From NCBI GenBank assembly GCA_002412545.1, contig DHVG01000013.1, forward strand, positions 129,315 through 193,314: DNA of 64,000 bases. The letters run 5' to 3'. Below, in pieces: positions 18,762 through 28,819 of the stretch; within the stretch, counting starts at the first letter, position 1; the number at the start of each line of letters is the position of its first letter. The notes beneath the pieces were generated by a model. It saw only the letters and a program-made list of their open reading frames with translations, did no database searches and was not told the DNA's origin. Position numbers and translations under genes: made by a program. This DNA is from Elusimicrobia bacterium UBA5214 (GTDB lineage: Bacteria > Elusimicrobiota > UBA5214).

Positions 18762-20906
18762 TTATTTAAAATGTTCTACCGTTATTGAAAAACTCGTTGA
18801 CCAAGTTTTATCTGGTTTGATGTTCAACTTCCAGTGAGGAAGAAAAATTGTCCCTTGATAGGTGCGTTCAAAACCAGATTCGGAAGAAGAAACTGTCTCC
18901 AAAGGATAATACCAAACATTTACTGGTTTAGGAAAGTCAAATCTTATTTTCATTTTTTGGTTTTCATCAATTCTTTCCCAAGAATTCTTTACTAAAAGTT
19001 CACCACCATCATCTATTTTTTCAGATAAAGCAAGATTAAATTCACAAGCAAACCAAATACCAATTACAGAGGTAGAAAAATTACCAAGACGATAATTAAC
19101 CTGAATTAAAGCCGAATTATCAACTACAATTTCTTTTTCTAAAGAAAGAGGGATTTTTTCTTCACCAGACCAAACTACACCCCGTCTGCGAAAATGAATC
19201 TTAATTTGATTTTTACCCTTTTTTACTTCCAAATTGTAAGATTGATTAACAAAATCACCTTGCTCACCGTATTGACATTTCCGAAAATCATCCCAAGAAG
19301 TATGCGGATGAAGAAAATGGTCAATTAGACAATTACGATTGTACCAATCGTAAAAAAGGTAATTTTCCAATCCTTCTTCTTTAACTTTTACCAGTTCATG
19401 AATAGTTTTTACTGTTTCACTCTCCTTTGGTCGTTCTTTCAAATATTCTTGTAAATGTTTATGATATACTTCTGACCGACGAGTAAGAACATTGACTAAA
19501 TTTACTCCCGCTGGAATAAAATCCCATTCAAAAAGTGTTCCTCCTTGAGCTAAATCAAAATATAAATTATAAGTTGAAGTTTCTACAATAAGTTCTTCTT
19601 TACCATCACAATTAAAATCAATTAAGTCAGAATGTATTTTTTCCTTTTTTATTAAGGAATTAACAATATCTTCGGCTTTAATTAAATTGCGATAAACTGC
19701 TTGTCGTAAATGGGGTAAATAAAGCCCACCAAATACACCGTGCCAATAAGCACAATTACATTGTCCTGCATAGAGCAAATCCAGCGCTTGCTGGATTTGC
19801 GGTGTAAGGTGTAAGGTATAAGGTGTAAGAGTACTTTCTTTACCTTTCACTTTACACTTTACACTTTCAACTGCTTTATTAACTTTTTCACTAACATAAA
19901 GCATTTTTTTATGAATATTATTTGCTTCTGGATATTTAACTAAAAAATTGCGCCAAAAACCACCCTTTAAAAAGGGACGTAATTTTTCTTTAACTACTCC
20001 CGGTAAAACATCTAAATTTTTTAATACTCGAGAAAAATCTTCTCCTATTCTTATATTTGGTATTGCCCATTCCGACATTTCAAAATATGCCGCTGTCGGA
20101 AGATATATCCTTCCACGTGGAGAAAACTGGTCTAAATACTCAGAAAAAGTCATTGAGATTAACCAATCAGCATTCGCTTCTAAAAGAGTAAAAAATTTAT
20201 CCAGCCATCCATCACCATACACATGTTTATGTGTCTCTGGCCAAATACCAAATTTTTCACCGTCATCAATAATAGTTAGACCAATATCTTCTTTTCTCTC
20301 ACTGTAAGAACGTAAATATTCAATTATTTCCTCTGGAATACCAAAAGGGATAAGGTAACGTAAACGTTGACTAATTGGAAAAATTCTTAAAGTTTCTCCT
20401 TCTTCTTCCGTAAGAAAATAACCGGTTAGGTCTTCGGGATGAATACCGGCAGAGAGAAAATGTGTGTCATCAACAATTGTATACTCAATTTTACTTTCGG
20501 CAAGTGATTTCGCTAAATGTGGTTCCCACACTCTTTCCGCTAACCAAACACCACTTGCAGTTATCCCAAATTCTTCCTTCAAGAATTTAGTTTGTTTAGC
20601 AATTTGTCCAAATTTATCTCGGTCAGGTATTACCGGAAGAATTGGCTCGTAATAACCACCGGTAAGTAGCTCAAGCCGTCTATCTTTAAGCAATTTTTTT
20701 ACCCGGTCAAGAAATTCGGGATGGTGTTCTTTTAGCCATTCCCAAAGTATACCACTACAATGAAAGTTAAGTTTAATCAACGGATGTCTGAGTAAAACTT
20801 CAATAAATGGTGCATATGCTTTTTGGTATGCTTTTTCAAAAATCTCCGGGAAATTACCTATTGGCTGATGATTATGAATTCCAAAAAGAAAATATATTTT
20901 TTTCAT
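18762..20906 (-). CDS. glycoside hydrolase family 57 protein (alpha-amylase / 4-alpha-glucanotransferase-like)
   Basis: GH57 hallmark GIHNHQPIGNF near N-terminus; 714 aa. Confidence 0.8.
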   Translation of the reverse strand: MKKIYFLFGIHNHQPIGNFPEIFEKAYQKAYAPFIEVLLRHPLIKLNFHCSGILWEWLKEHHPEFLDRVKKLLKDRRLELLTGGYYEPILPVIPDRDKFGQIAKQTKFLKEEFGITASGVWLAERVWEPHLAKSLAESKIEYTIVDDTHFLSAGIHPEDLTGYFLTEEEGETLRIFPISQRLRYLIPFGIPEEIIEYLRSYSERKEDIGLTIIDDGEKFGIWPETHKHVYGDGWLDKFFTLLEANADWLISMTFSEYLDQFSPRGRIYLPTAAYFEMSEWAIPNIRIGEDFSRVLKNLDVLPGVVKEKLRPFLKGGFWRNFLVKYPEANNIHKKMLYVSEKVNKAVESVKCKVKGKESTLTPYTLHLTPQIQQALDLLYAGQCNCAYWHGVFGGLYLPHLRQAVYRNLIKAEDIVNSLIKKEKIHSDLIDFNCDGKEELIVETSTYNLYFDLAQGGTLFEWDFIPAGVNLVNVLTRRSEVYHKHLQEYLKERPKESETVKTIHELVKVKEEGLENYLFYDWYNRNCLIDHFLHPHTSWDDFRKCQYGEQGDFVNQSYNLEVKKGKNQIKIHFRRRGVVWSGEEKIPLSLEKEIVVDNSALIQVNYRLGNFSTSVIGIWFACEFNLALSEKIDDGGELLVKNSWERIDENQKMKIRFDFPKPVNVWYYPLETVSSSESGFERTYQGTIFLPHWKLNIKPDKTWSTSFSITVEHFK
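19801..19871. repeat. inverted pair of heptamer arrays inside the GH57 CDS
   Basis: GTGTAAG x4 (19802..19829, one variant GTATAAG), 15-nt spacer, then TTTCAC/TTTACAC/TTTACAC/TTTCAAC (19845..19871) in inverted orientation. In-frame; encodes ...VKCKVKGKESTLTPYTLHLTP... Confidence 0.85.
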
Positions 20907-22573
20907 TCCTTCTCCTTTGAAGAAAATAGATAATAGTCAATCTCTGGGAATAGATTGTCAATATCTTCAATCTCTTGCAGATAATTTATTTCCTTTTGAC
21001 CAAATTCACTTTTTTCTAATATACCAATTAAATTACGGAATCTTTGATAATGCAAAAGGAAGCGTTGAGTTGCATATTCTTTCGCTTGTCCAGTAGTAAC
21101 TAAGAAAGGCCAGTCTGAGGATTGAAGAAGCAAAAGTTCACGGGCAGCTTGGTTAAGTAAACCACGGGACACACCTTTTGAATGAGTGTATTTTTTCACC
21201 GCTGATTCCATTAACTTTTCCGCTTCATAGATATATGGCCAGAACCACTCGGTTTCTGAATTATACCAGACATAATGTTTCCCACCATTACCCCAAGATG
21301 ATTCCGGTAAATCAATAACTTCTACTGGATTAGAACAAGTGAAATACTCACTTAAAGTCATCGCTTTAACATTGGGATTCAAATATATTTTTTTAACCAC
21401 TTCTTTTAACCAGAAAATTCCTTCAAACCACCAATGTCCAAAAAGTTCTGTATCATACGGTGAAACAACAATTCCGTATTGCCCATTTCTTTTTCTAAAA
21501 TTAAGAAGGAGGTCTTCTACTAAATGGTTGAAATGGTCAGCGTTCTCGTTAATTTTTAACACTGTATTTTCTGGGACATAGATTTGTTTAAGACCTAAAT
21601 CAATTTTTCGGTCAGTAATTCGCCAATACTGCAATCCAGAATCAGAATCTTTTTTATGAAATTCGCGATAGTTACCATCACCCGGATATCCCCATTCACC
21701 AGACCAAACTTGTAATCCAGTTTCTTTATTCCGGGAAAAAACTGCACAACCACTCTTCAAAAAATAAGGAAGAAAACTCGTCCCTCGACTTTTTCTTTCA
21801 CACTCAATTTTTGGTGCTTTTACTTCACCATACGGACCTATTCTTTTCTCTGCTGAATATGTCTCCATCCCTTCTAAAGCATGTGTATCACAGATAAAAT
21901 ATTCTACTCCTTGTTCAACAAGAAATTCATCCAAAGCTGGTTTATAATACTTTTTCCCTGCCTCTTCAAAATAGTATTCCGGCCGATAACCACATTCTGG
22001 TAACCAAAAACCACGTGGTCTTTTACCGAAATACTTACGATAAGTTTCTATTCCTATCTTAACCTGCGCATAAATTGAAGAATCACATTTTAATAACGGC
22101 AAATAACCATGAGTTGCTGTGCTACATAGAACCTCAATACAGTTCTCATTCTGCAGTTTACGGAAAGCACTAAGCAGATCGCGTTGATATCTTTCATAGT
22201 AACTCTTTTTAACTTTAGAAAAAATCGTTCTATAAAAAATTGCCAAACGTTCATAAGCGTAATCTTTACGAGAAGAAAACTTTCGCGCATCTCTATCTGC
22301 ACGTTCAATTTCTTTATCCATAAAATGTTCAAAACGACTCAGCAAATACTGGTCATTCAGTTGTTCCATAAGTACGGGAGTAATACTGATAGCGAACTTT
22401 GCTTTAATTCCCTCTTCAAGTAAATCATAAATAATATCTAAGAGAGGAATATAAGTTTCCATTAATCCTTCATAGAGCCATTCTTCACCAAAAGGCCATT
22501 CACCTGCCTTCCGGACAAAAGGAATATGACTATGCAACACCAAAGCAAATGCACCTACTGATTCGTTATTCAT
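20903..22573 (-). CDS. GH57-family 1,4-alpha-glucan branching enzyme-like protein
   Basis: GH57 branching-enzyme style N-terminus ALVLHSHIPFV. Track ORF extends to 22636; start preferred at internal ATG 22573..22571 (MNNESVGAF..., AGGAG-like RBS ~9 nt upstream), which removes the 70-nt overlap with the upstream gene. Confidence 0.75.
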   Translation of the reverse strand: MNNESVGAFALVLHSHIPFVRKAGEWPFGEEWLYEGLMETYIPLLDIIYDLLEEGIKAKFAISITPVLMEQLNDQYLLSRFEHFMDKEIERADRDARKFSSRKDYAYERLAIFYRTIFSKVKKSYYERYQRDLLSAFRKLQNENCIEVLCSTATHGYLPLLKCDSSIYAQVKIGIETYRKYFGKRPRGFWLPECGYRPEYYFEEAGKKYYKPALDEFLVEQGVEYFICDTHALEGMETYSAEKRIGPYGEVKAPKIECERKSRGTSFLPYFLKSGCAVFSRNKETGLQVWSGEWGYPGDGNYREFHKKDSDSGLQYWRITDRKIDLGLKQIYVPENTVLKINENADHFNHLVEDLLLNFRKRNGQYGIVVSPYDTELFGHWWFEGIFWLKEVVKKIYLNPNVKAMTLSEYFTCSNPVEVIDLPESSWGNGGKHYVWYNSETEWFWPYIYEAEKLMESAVKKYTHSKGVSRGLLNQAARELLLLQSSDWPFLVTTGQAKEYATQRFLLHYQRFRNLIGILEKSEFGQKEINYLQEIEDIDNLFPEIDYYLFSSKEKE

Positions 22574-23000
22574 TGCTGGGAACTCCTTTTTTAAGGAAGA
22601 AATCTTTAGCGTTGAGAATGTTTTTCCTTCCATCATTAATCACCTGTTCGATTAATTCTTCTAAAGATAAATTTACCCTTTTGCTTAAAACAGAAATAAG
22701 TAGATACAAGTTAAAACCGCTAACCAATCCACATTTAATATTCTTTTTTTCTATTTCTTTGACCACTGAAAGTGCAAGATTACATGGTGTTCCACCACAC
22801 ATGTCCGTCAAAATAAGCACCCCTTCCGGACAATTTAACTCATAGATTTTTTCAATAATTTGTTGTTTAAGTATCTCCGGGTCTTGGTCAGAAAAGAAAG
22901 AAAAGGAATAAGTCTTCTCCTGAGGACCAAGAATTTCTATTGCCGATTCCAACATTTTTTCACCAAAATTACCACGGGTGAGTATAATTACAGTTGTCAT
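22566..23000 (-). CDS. PTS EIIA-Man-family domain protein with His-to-Arg substitution at the expected phospho-acceptor position
   Basis: MTTVIILTRGNFGEKMLESAIEILG and LTDMCGGTPCN match the EIIA-Man fold pattern (IVIGTHG...; LVDTWGGSP), but TRG replaces THG. Confidence 0.55.
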   Translation of the reverse strand: MTTVIILTRGNFGEKMLESAIEILGPQEKTYSFSFFSDQDPEILKQQIIEKIYELNCPEGVLILTDMCGGTPCNLALSVVKEIEKKNIKCGLVSGFNLYLLISVLSKRVNLSLEELIEQVINDGRKNILNAKDFFLKKGVPSNE

Positions 23001-23015
23001 CTAATTAGACACTAT

Positions 23016-23867
23016 CTATTTATCTATATCTCGGTGCAAAAGTTTGAGAACAAATTTTTTCTTTTCTAAAAATTTTTTTAAAGCATTAGCCACTACTACC
23101 GAACGATGTTTACCTCCGGTGCAACCTATCCCAATCGTCAGATAAGATTTACCTTCCTTAATATACCAAGGAATAAGAAACTCAATTAAGGAAAAAAATT
23201 TTTTTAAAAAACTTTTTCCCACGGGGTTATCCAAAACATATCTTTGAATTTTTTCCTCATTACCATCAAGATTGCGTAATAAATTTTCATATTGTGGGTT
23301 AGGTAAAAATCGCACATCAAAAATTAAATCTACATCTGGTGGTAATCCATACTTGTAACCAAAAGATATAATTGACAGATTAAGAATTCCTTTTTCCATT
23401 GGTCTAAGAAATTTAGTAACTACTTCTTTTAACTCACCGGGAGTTAAATTACTTGTATCAATAATTTTATCAGCCCTTGCTTTAATTTCGGTTAATCTTT
23501 TCCTTTCTTCACGAATACCCTCAATAATGCTTTTACCCAGAGGATGTCTCCTGCGTGTCTCGGAATATCGACGAACCAAAATCCGCGTGTTCGCTTCAAG
23601 AAAAATAATTTTATAATTAAACCCTTGCCGTTTTAATTCATTCAAAAAATCAAAAAATGTATCCAAAAATTCACCTTCTCGAATGTCAATGCCTAATGCT
23701 ACTTTGCTTAATTTGCCTTCCGATTGATTTACAATTTCACCAAATTTTGGAATTAAAGTAGTAGGGAGATTATCAACACAAAAGAATCCCATATCTTCAA
23801 AAGATTTAAGTGCTTGACTTTTCCCGGCACCGGAAATACCGGTAATAATAAAAAAATTTGTGCTCAT
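23016..23867 (-). CDS. rapZ: RNase adapter protein RapZ (P-loop NTPase, UPF0042)
   Basis: Walker A GISGAGKS at N-terminus; 283 aa; next to hprK/ptsN. Confidence 0.85.
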   Translation of the reverse strand: MSTNFFIITGISGAGKSQALKSFEDMGFFCVDNLPTTLIPKFGEIVNQSEGKLSKVALGIDIREGEFLDTFFDFLNELKRQGFNYKIIFLEANTRILVRRYSETRRRHPLGKSIIEGIREERKRLTEIKARADKIIDTSNLTPGELKEVVTKFLRPMEKGILNLSIISFGYKYGLPPDVDLIFDVRFLPNPQYENLLRNLDGNEEKIQRYVLDNPVGKSFLKKFFSLIEFLIPWYIKEGKSYLTIGIGCTGGKHRSVVVANALKKFLEKKKFVLKLLHRDIDK

Positions 23868-24841
23868 TTTTGTTTCTTCTGCATTAATTTAATTAAGTAT
23901 TTATCTAATTCTCGGGCAGAATAATATCCTTTACTCTTCAACCGTTGATTCATCGCTGCTACTTCAATCAAAACAGCAATATTTCTTCCTGGGCGCACGG
24001 GAATAACCAATTCTGGTATTTTTACTCCCAAGATTTCTGTATAATTATCTTCCAAACCTAAACGCTCGTATTCTTTAGATTCATTCCATTCTTCTAAATG
24101 GACAACTAATTCAATTCGTGTAGATTCAAGTATCGCACCCATACCGAAAAGTGTGCGCACATCAATTATCCCTAAACCACGAATTTCCATATGATGGGAA
24201 ACAATCCCTTTCCCTGAACCAATAAGTACTCCACCAGGTTTTTGTCGTATTTCTACAACATCATCAGTGACAAGCATATGCCCGCGTTTAATTAACTCCA
24301 ATGCTGTTTCGCTTTTCCCAATTGCACTTTCACCAAGAATTAGAACACCTAGACCATATACGTTGGTCAAAGTTCCATGCATCGTAATAAGCGGAGCAAG
24401 TTTTTCTTCTAAATAAGCAATCAATTCAGTAATAAATGGTGGCGTCCCAAGAGAAGTTAAAAAGAGTGGGACATAGTATCGCTGAGCAATAGTAATTAAC
24501 TCCCTTAATGGTTGTACGTTACGAGTGATAATTGCACAGGGTGGCTCGTAAGAAAAAAATTTATCCAAAATTTCAATTCTTTTTTTCTTGGTTAAAAACT
24601 GTAGATAACTATGTTCACCACCACCAATAATTTGTATTCGTTCATACCGAAAATATTTAAAATAACCAGTTAAAGTCAACCCGGGACGATTTATCTCAGT
24701 CACTGTGATTTGACGATTCAAACCTTTTTCACCTGCTAACAGTTTTAAACATAAATCTTTACCTTTATCTCGGAACAATTCCTCAACAGTAAATTTGGCC
24801 ATTCTTATTGGATAATCCTTTCTAATATTTATCTTCTTCAT
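23864..24841 (-). CDS. hprK: HPr kinase/phosphorylase
   Basis: P-loop GESAIGKSETALELIKRGHMLVTDD and HprK C-terminal signature; 325 aa. Confidence 0.9.
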   Translation of the reverse strand: MKKINIRKDYPIRMAKFTVEELFRDKGKDLCLKLLAGEKGLNRQITVTEINRPGLTLTGYFKYFRYERIQIIGGGEHSYLQFLTKKKRIEILDKFFSYEPPCAIITRNVQPLRELITIAQRYYVPLFLTSLGTPPFITELIAYLEEKLAPLITMHGTLTNVYGLGVLILGESAIGKSETALELIKRGHMLVTDDVVEIRQKPGGVLIGSGKGIVSHHMEIRGLGIIDVRTLFGMGAILESTRIELVVHLEEWNESKEYERLGLEDNYTEILGVKIPELVIPVRPGRNIAVLIEVAAMNQRLKSKGYYSARELDKYLIKLMQKKQK

Positions 24842-25280
24842 TAATAATTCTGATTACCTCCTCAGGGTTTTTTGCCTCTTTTAAATTCTGTCGGAAAAAT
24901 TTATCTTTTAATAGACGTGAGATTTTTGCTAATGCTTTTAAATGTGTTCCAGCGGCTTCTACCGGGGCAAGGAGAAGAAAAATTAAATATACTGGTTCAC
25001 CATCTAAAGCGTCAAATTCAATACCTTTTTTCGAAATACCAAAAGCAGCAACAATTTCATTTACGATTTCGGTTTTACCATGCGGAATTGCTACACCTTG
25101 GCCAATACCAGTAGAACCAAGTTGTTCTCGTTCCATAAGGATTTTCACTATTTCTTCCGAATCTTTCACTTTTTTTGCTTTCACTAAGAGATTAACTAAT
25201 TCTGTAATTGCTTCTTTCTTCCCCCGAGTTTCTAAATCGGTAACAATTGCTTCCCGACAGAGAAAATCCAAAATTTTCAT
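24822..25280 (-). CDS. ptsN: PTS IIA-like nitrogen-regulatory protein (EIIA-Ntr)
   Basis: EIIA-Fru type fold with phospho-His box GQGVAIPHGK; 152 aa. Confidence 0.8.
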   Translation of the reverse strand: MKILDFLCREAIVTDLETRGKKEAITELVNLLVKAKKVKDSEEIVKILMEREQLGSTGIGQGVAIPHGKTEIVNEIVAAFGISKKGIEFDALDGEPVYLIFLLLAPVEAAGTHLKALAKISRLLKDKFFRQNLKEAKNPEEVIRIINEEDKY

Positions 25281-25297
25281 GTTTACTCCTTTTTCAA

Positions 25298-26017
25298 CTA
25301 AAGTTGAAACTTTTCTCCAAAATATAATTTCCTTGCTTCTTGATTAGCCAAAAGTTCTTCTGCACTACCTTGGAAAAGAATCCTACCTTGATGAATCAAA
25401 TAAGCACGAGCTGTAATTTTTAAAGTATCTCTTACATTATGGTCAGTGATTAATATTCCAATTCCTCTTTTTTTTAGAAATGCAATGATATCTTGGATTT
25501 CACTTACAGTAATTGGGTCAATACCGGTAAATGGTTCATCTAAGAGAAGAATTTTTGGTTCAATAACTAAAGAACGTGCTATTTCGCAGCGTCTTCTCTC
25601 ACCACCAGAAAGAAGAAATGCCTTCTGTTTAGCCAAATGAGTTAATCCAAATTCTTCCAGAAGAAGAGACAATCTTCTTTTTCGTTCTTGTCTCGTCAAC
25701 GGTAAAGTTTCAAGTACAGCCAGAATATTTTCTTCAACTGTTAATCCACGAAATATTGATGGTTCTTGAGGTAAGTAACCGATTCCTCTTTTTGCTTTTT
25801 GATAGGTGGGTAAATGAGTAATTTCTCTCTCTTCCAAATAAATCTTCCCTTCAAGTGGACGAACTAACCCGATAAGCATATGAAAAATTGTTGTTTTTCC
25901 GGCACCATTAGGTCCAAGAAGACCAACAATTTCTTTATCTGATAACTCTAAATTAACCCCATTGACAACACGTCTTGAGGAGTATTCTTTAATTAGATTT
26001 TCTGCCCAAAGTTTCAT
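25298..26017 (-). CDS. lptB: LPS export ABC transporter ATP-binding protein
   Basis: Walker A GPNGAGKTT, ABC signature LSGGERRR, Walker B LLLDEP; follows kdsD-kdsC-lptC/A-like genes. Confidence 0.9.
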   Translation of the reverse strand: MKLWAENLIKEYSSRRVVNGVNLELSDKEIVGLLGPNGAGKTTIFHMLIGLVRPLEGKIYLEEREITHLPTYQKAKRGIGYLPQEPSIFRGLTVEENILAVLETLPLTRQERKRRLSLLLEEFGLTHLAKQKAFLLSGGERRRCEIARSLVIEPKILLLDEPFTGIDPITVSEIQDIIAFLKKRGIGILITDHNVRDTLKITARAYLIHQGRILFQGSAEELLANQEARKLYFGEKFQL

Positions 26018-26028
26018 TACAAATATAA

Positions 26029-26991
26029 TTATTCCTCGGAATAAGTAATTGTACCCTGCACATTTTCTTCAAAAGATATACGTTTTTCTCTAAGATAAAA
26101 AATAACCTTTTCTGCTTGATATTCCCCTCTATGTTTCTCTTCATTCTGAAAAACTAAAGGTGGTCCTCCGACAAGAATTAATTTTTCATCTTTATCATAA
26201 TAGTAAGATTCATTACTAATTGCATAATTTTGCCCTTGTTCAATTTTTACATTTCCTTTTGCATATATTTGTTCATCCTTTTCGTAAAAAATAATCTTCC
26301 CCGCATTAATTTTTATCTTTTCACCGGTAGTATTCTCCAAGAGAAGTTCACTATTCCCCTCCGCTTCAGCGATTTGTTCCTTCTCATTATAAGAAAGATA
26401 GTCAGCATTAAGAATAAATTTTTCTTTAGTAAATTTTACCCTGTTTTTGAATTCAACGATTGCTTTATCTTGAAAAATTTCCATTTTTTCACTAGAAATA
26501 TTAAACTTTCTTACTGGATTAAAAGAAGAAGCGTTCTGTTTAATCGCAATATACGCAAAATTGGGTGTCGTCTCTAATCCTTCCCCTTTAATTAAAGTTT
26601 CATTTCTTTTTACATCCACAAACGAGGAAGAAAAAAATTTCTTTTCTTGACTTGAGTATCTAATTTCATCAGTATTTATTTTTATTTTTTCTTTTAATGA
26701 TTCCATCTGGACGTTGTTTCTACCTTCCATTTGTTTATTTCTTTCATCAATTTTGCCATGCTCAGCGGTTAAACGTGAAATTGCTTCATTCCCTTCATAA
26801 AATTTAACTAAAAAATTTTTTAAATAAATTTCATTTTTTTCTTTATTCATCTCCACTTTTTCTGCATTCATTTCCCAAGATTTCTTTCCTTCTTCAAAAT
26901 GAGCAAATTGAAAAGAAGTAATTATCTCTTTCTGCGAAAATACCAAAGTTGTACTTAAAAGAAGCAAGAAAGTAAATATAATTTTTCTCAT
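26029..26991 (-). CDS. LptA/LptC-like (OstA-family) periplasmic LPS-transport protein
   Basis: Signal/anchor N-terminus, beta-rich Lys/Glu-rich body, positioned between kdsC and lptB where lptC-lptA normally sit; one 320-aa ORF in place of two. Confidence 0.5.
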   Translation of the reverse strand: MRKIIFTFLLLLSTTLVFSQKEIITSFQFAHFEEGKKSWEMNAEKVEMNKEKNEIYLKNFLVKFYEGNEAISRLTAEHGKIDERNKQMEGRNNVQMESLKEKIKINTDEIRYSSQEKKFFSSSFVDVKRNETLIKGEGLETTPNFAYIAIKQNASSFNPVRKFNISSEKMEIFQDKAIVEFKNRVKFTKEKFILNADYLSYNEKEQIAEAEGNSELLLENTTGEKIKINAGKIIFYEKDEQIYAKGNVKIEQGQNYAISNESYYYDKDEKLILVGGPPLVFQNEEKHRGEYQAEKVIFYLREKRISFEENVQGTITYSEE

Positions 26992-27521
26992 CGTAAATAG
27001 TCACTTACCGTTTTACGCCACAAACCTTTTGCTTTGAGGATTATTTCAATAACTTCACGGAATACACCTTTCCCACCCGGAAAAGGAGATACATAATCAA
27101 CTATTTTCTTTAAGTCCTCCGGTGCATCATTAGGACAGACGGAGAAACCTACTCGTTTTAACACTGGCAAATCCATCAAGTCATCACCAATATAAACAAC
27201 TTCATCTTGTTTTAAAGAAAAATTCTTTAAAACTTCTTTATATGCTACTAATTTATCATAGCAATTCTGATATACACAATCAATACCAATTTCTTTTGCT
27301 TGTCTTTCTATCTCTTTAGATTCTCTCCCGGTAATCCAGACGAATTTTATTCCACTACCCGATTTACGTGCTAAAACAAAACCAAAACGGTCTTTCACAT
27401 TCCAAAATTTTATTTCTTCCTCTGAATTTAAAACTACTATTTCTCCCTTTGTAAGTACACCGTCAATATCCATACCAACTAGTTTTATTTTTTTTGCTTT
27501 TTCTAATATCTTTTTATTCAT
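26988..27521 (-). CDS. kdsC: 3-deoxy-D-manno-octulosonate 8-phosphate phosphatase (HAD family)
   Basis: HAD motif I VGMDIDGVLT, motif IV YIGDDLMDLP; 177 aa; adjacent to kdsD. Confidence 0.85.
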   Translation of the reverse strand: MNKKILEKAKKIKLVGMDIDGVLTKGEIVVLNSEEEIKFWNVKDRFGFVLARKSGSGIKFVWITGRESKEIERQAKEIGIDCVYQNCYDKLVAYKEVLKNFSLKQDEVVYIGDDLMDLPVLKRVGFSVCPNDAPEDLKKIVDYVSPFPGGKGVFREVIEIILKAKGLWRKTVSDYLR

Positions 27522-27567
27522 TCTCGTATTTCTTCAATACTTCTTTCTATCAACTTCAATATTTACT

Positions 27568-28527
27568 TTACACTATCCCTTCAGCTAAAAGGTCACCTTC
27601 GTCAATTATACCTATTACTTTACCTTTTTTATCTACTACTGGTAAATTATCACAACTTTTTTCTTTAAGAAGCCTCGCTGCTTCAACAGCTAATTTATCG
27701 GGAGTTGTCACCAGTGGTTTTTTTGTCATTACTAAAGAAATCCTTTTCTTTAGTAAATTTCCATCACTTTGCAATCCCCGTCGTAAATCACCATCGGTAA
27801 AATAACCAACCAATTTACCGTTTTTATCAACAACATTTACCGCGCCAAGACCTTTCTCGGTCATCACAAATAGTGCATCTTTTACAGTTTCATTCTCAAA
27901 AATAAGTGGGTTGTCTTCACCAGAACGCATTATATCTTTCACCTGTAAAAAAAGTTTCTTCCCAATTGTTCCCGCAGGGTGAAAATAAGCAAAGTCCTCT
28001 TTTTTTAGTTTTCTTTTTTCTAAAAGAGAAATTGCTAAACTATCACCGAGAGCAAGACAGGCAGTCGTAGAAGCAGTGGGAGCTAAATTATAAGGACAAG
28101 CTTCACGGTTCACTTGAATATCAAGAACAACATCACTAAATTTCGCCAAACGTGATTTTCTATTCCCGGTCATCGTAATTAGTTTCAAACCCATTTTCTT
28201 AACTAAAGGCAAAATTTGAGCTAACTCGGTTGTTTCTCCCGAATAAGAAATTGCTAAAAGGCAATCATCTTTCATTATCATTCCCAAATCACCATGTAAT
28301 CCTTCTGCTGGATGCAAATAGAATGCTGGTGTTCCAGTAGAAGCTAAAGTTGCCGCAATTTTCCTTCCTACTAATCCACTTTTACCCATGCCGGTAACAA
28401 TAACCCGACCACGACAAGAAAAAATTATTCCTACTGCTTTCTCAAAATTAGTATCAAGACGGGGAATTAAATTATAAATTGCCTCGGCTTCAATTTCTAA
28501 AACTTTTTTTGCTCGTTCAATTATCAT
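27568..28527 (-). CDS. kdsD: arabinose-5-phosphate isomerase (SIS + tandem CBS domains)
   Basis: SIS motif VIVTGMGKSGLVGRKIAATLASTG and C-terminal CBS pair; 319 aa. Confidence 0.9.
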   Translation of the reverse strand: MIIERAKKVLEIEAEAIYNLIPRLDTNFEKAVGIIFSCRGRVIVTGMGKSGLVGRKIAATLASTGTPAFYLHPAEGLHGDLGMIMKDDCLLAISYSGETTELAQILPLVKKMGLKLITMTGNRKSRLAKFSDVVLDIQVNREACPYNLAPTASTTACLALGDSLAISLLEKRKLKKEDFAYFHPAGTIGKKLFLQVKDIMRSGEDNPLIFENETVKDALFVMTEKGLGAVNVVDKNGKLVGYFTDGDLRRGLQSDGNLLKKRISLVMTKKPLVTTPDKLAVEAARLLKEKSCDNLPVVDKKGKVIGIIDEGDLLAEGIV

Positions 28528-28573
28528 TTGAGGTGATTATTTTCTTATTCTGTCCCAACGGTAACCGTCGGCG

Positions 28574-28801
28574 TTACCAGTTCTCTATAATTGGTCTGAC
28601 ATATGACTTTAAAAGTATCCTCAGGAGAAAAAAAAGAACAACCAAAATAATATATATAATCCCAAGTGCACGAAGATGCCACTTCCAAGTCGGCATCCAG
28701 AAAGGTAATACTGTTAAACTCGTCCCGCATTTAGAACAATATTTTGCGCTTTCTTTATTTTCCTGACCACATTTTGGACATTTCATTTTCTTCGCTCCCA
28801 A
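28574..28801 (-). CDS. small zinc-ribbon membrane protein
   Basis: CPKCG...CSKCG zinc ribbon followed by a single TM helix; 75 aa. Small ORF, modest support. Confidence 0.4.
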   Translation of the reverse strand: MGAKKMKCPKCGQENKESAKYCSKCGTSLTVLPFWMPTWKWHLRALGIIYIILVVLFFLLRILLKSYVRPIIENW

Positions 28802-28819
28802 TTACTATTTTTAAGTCAA

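Noticed and set aside
28545-28730. Minus-strand ORF 28545..28730
   Set aside because: Alternative frame overlapping the zinc-ribbon small protein gene; no support.
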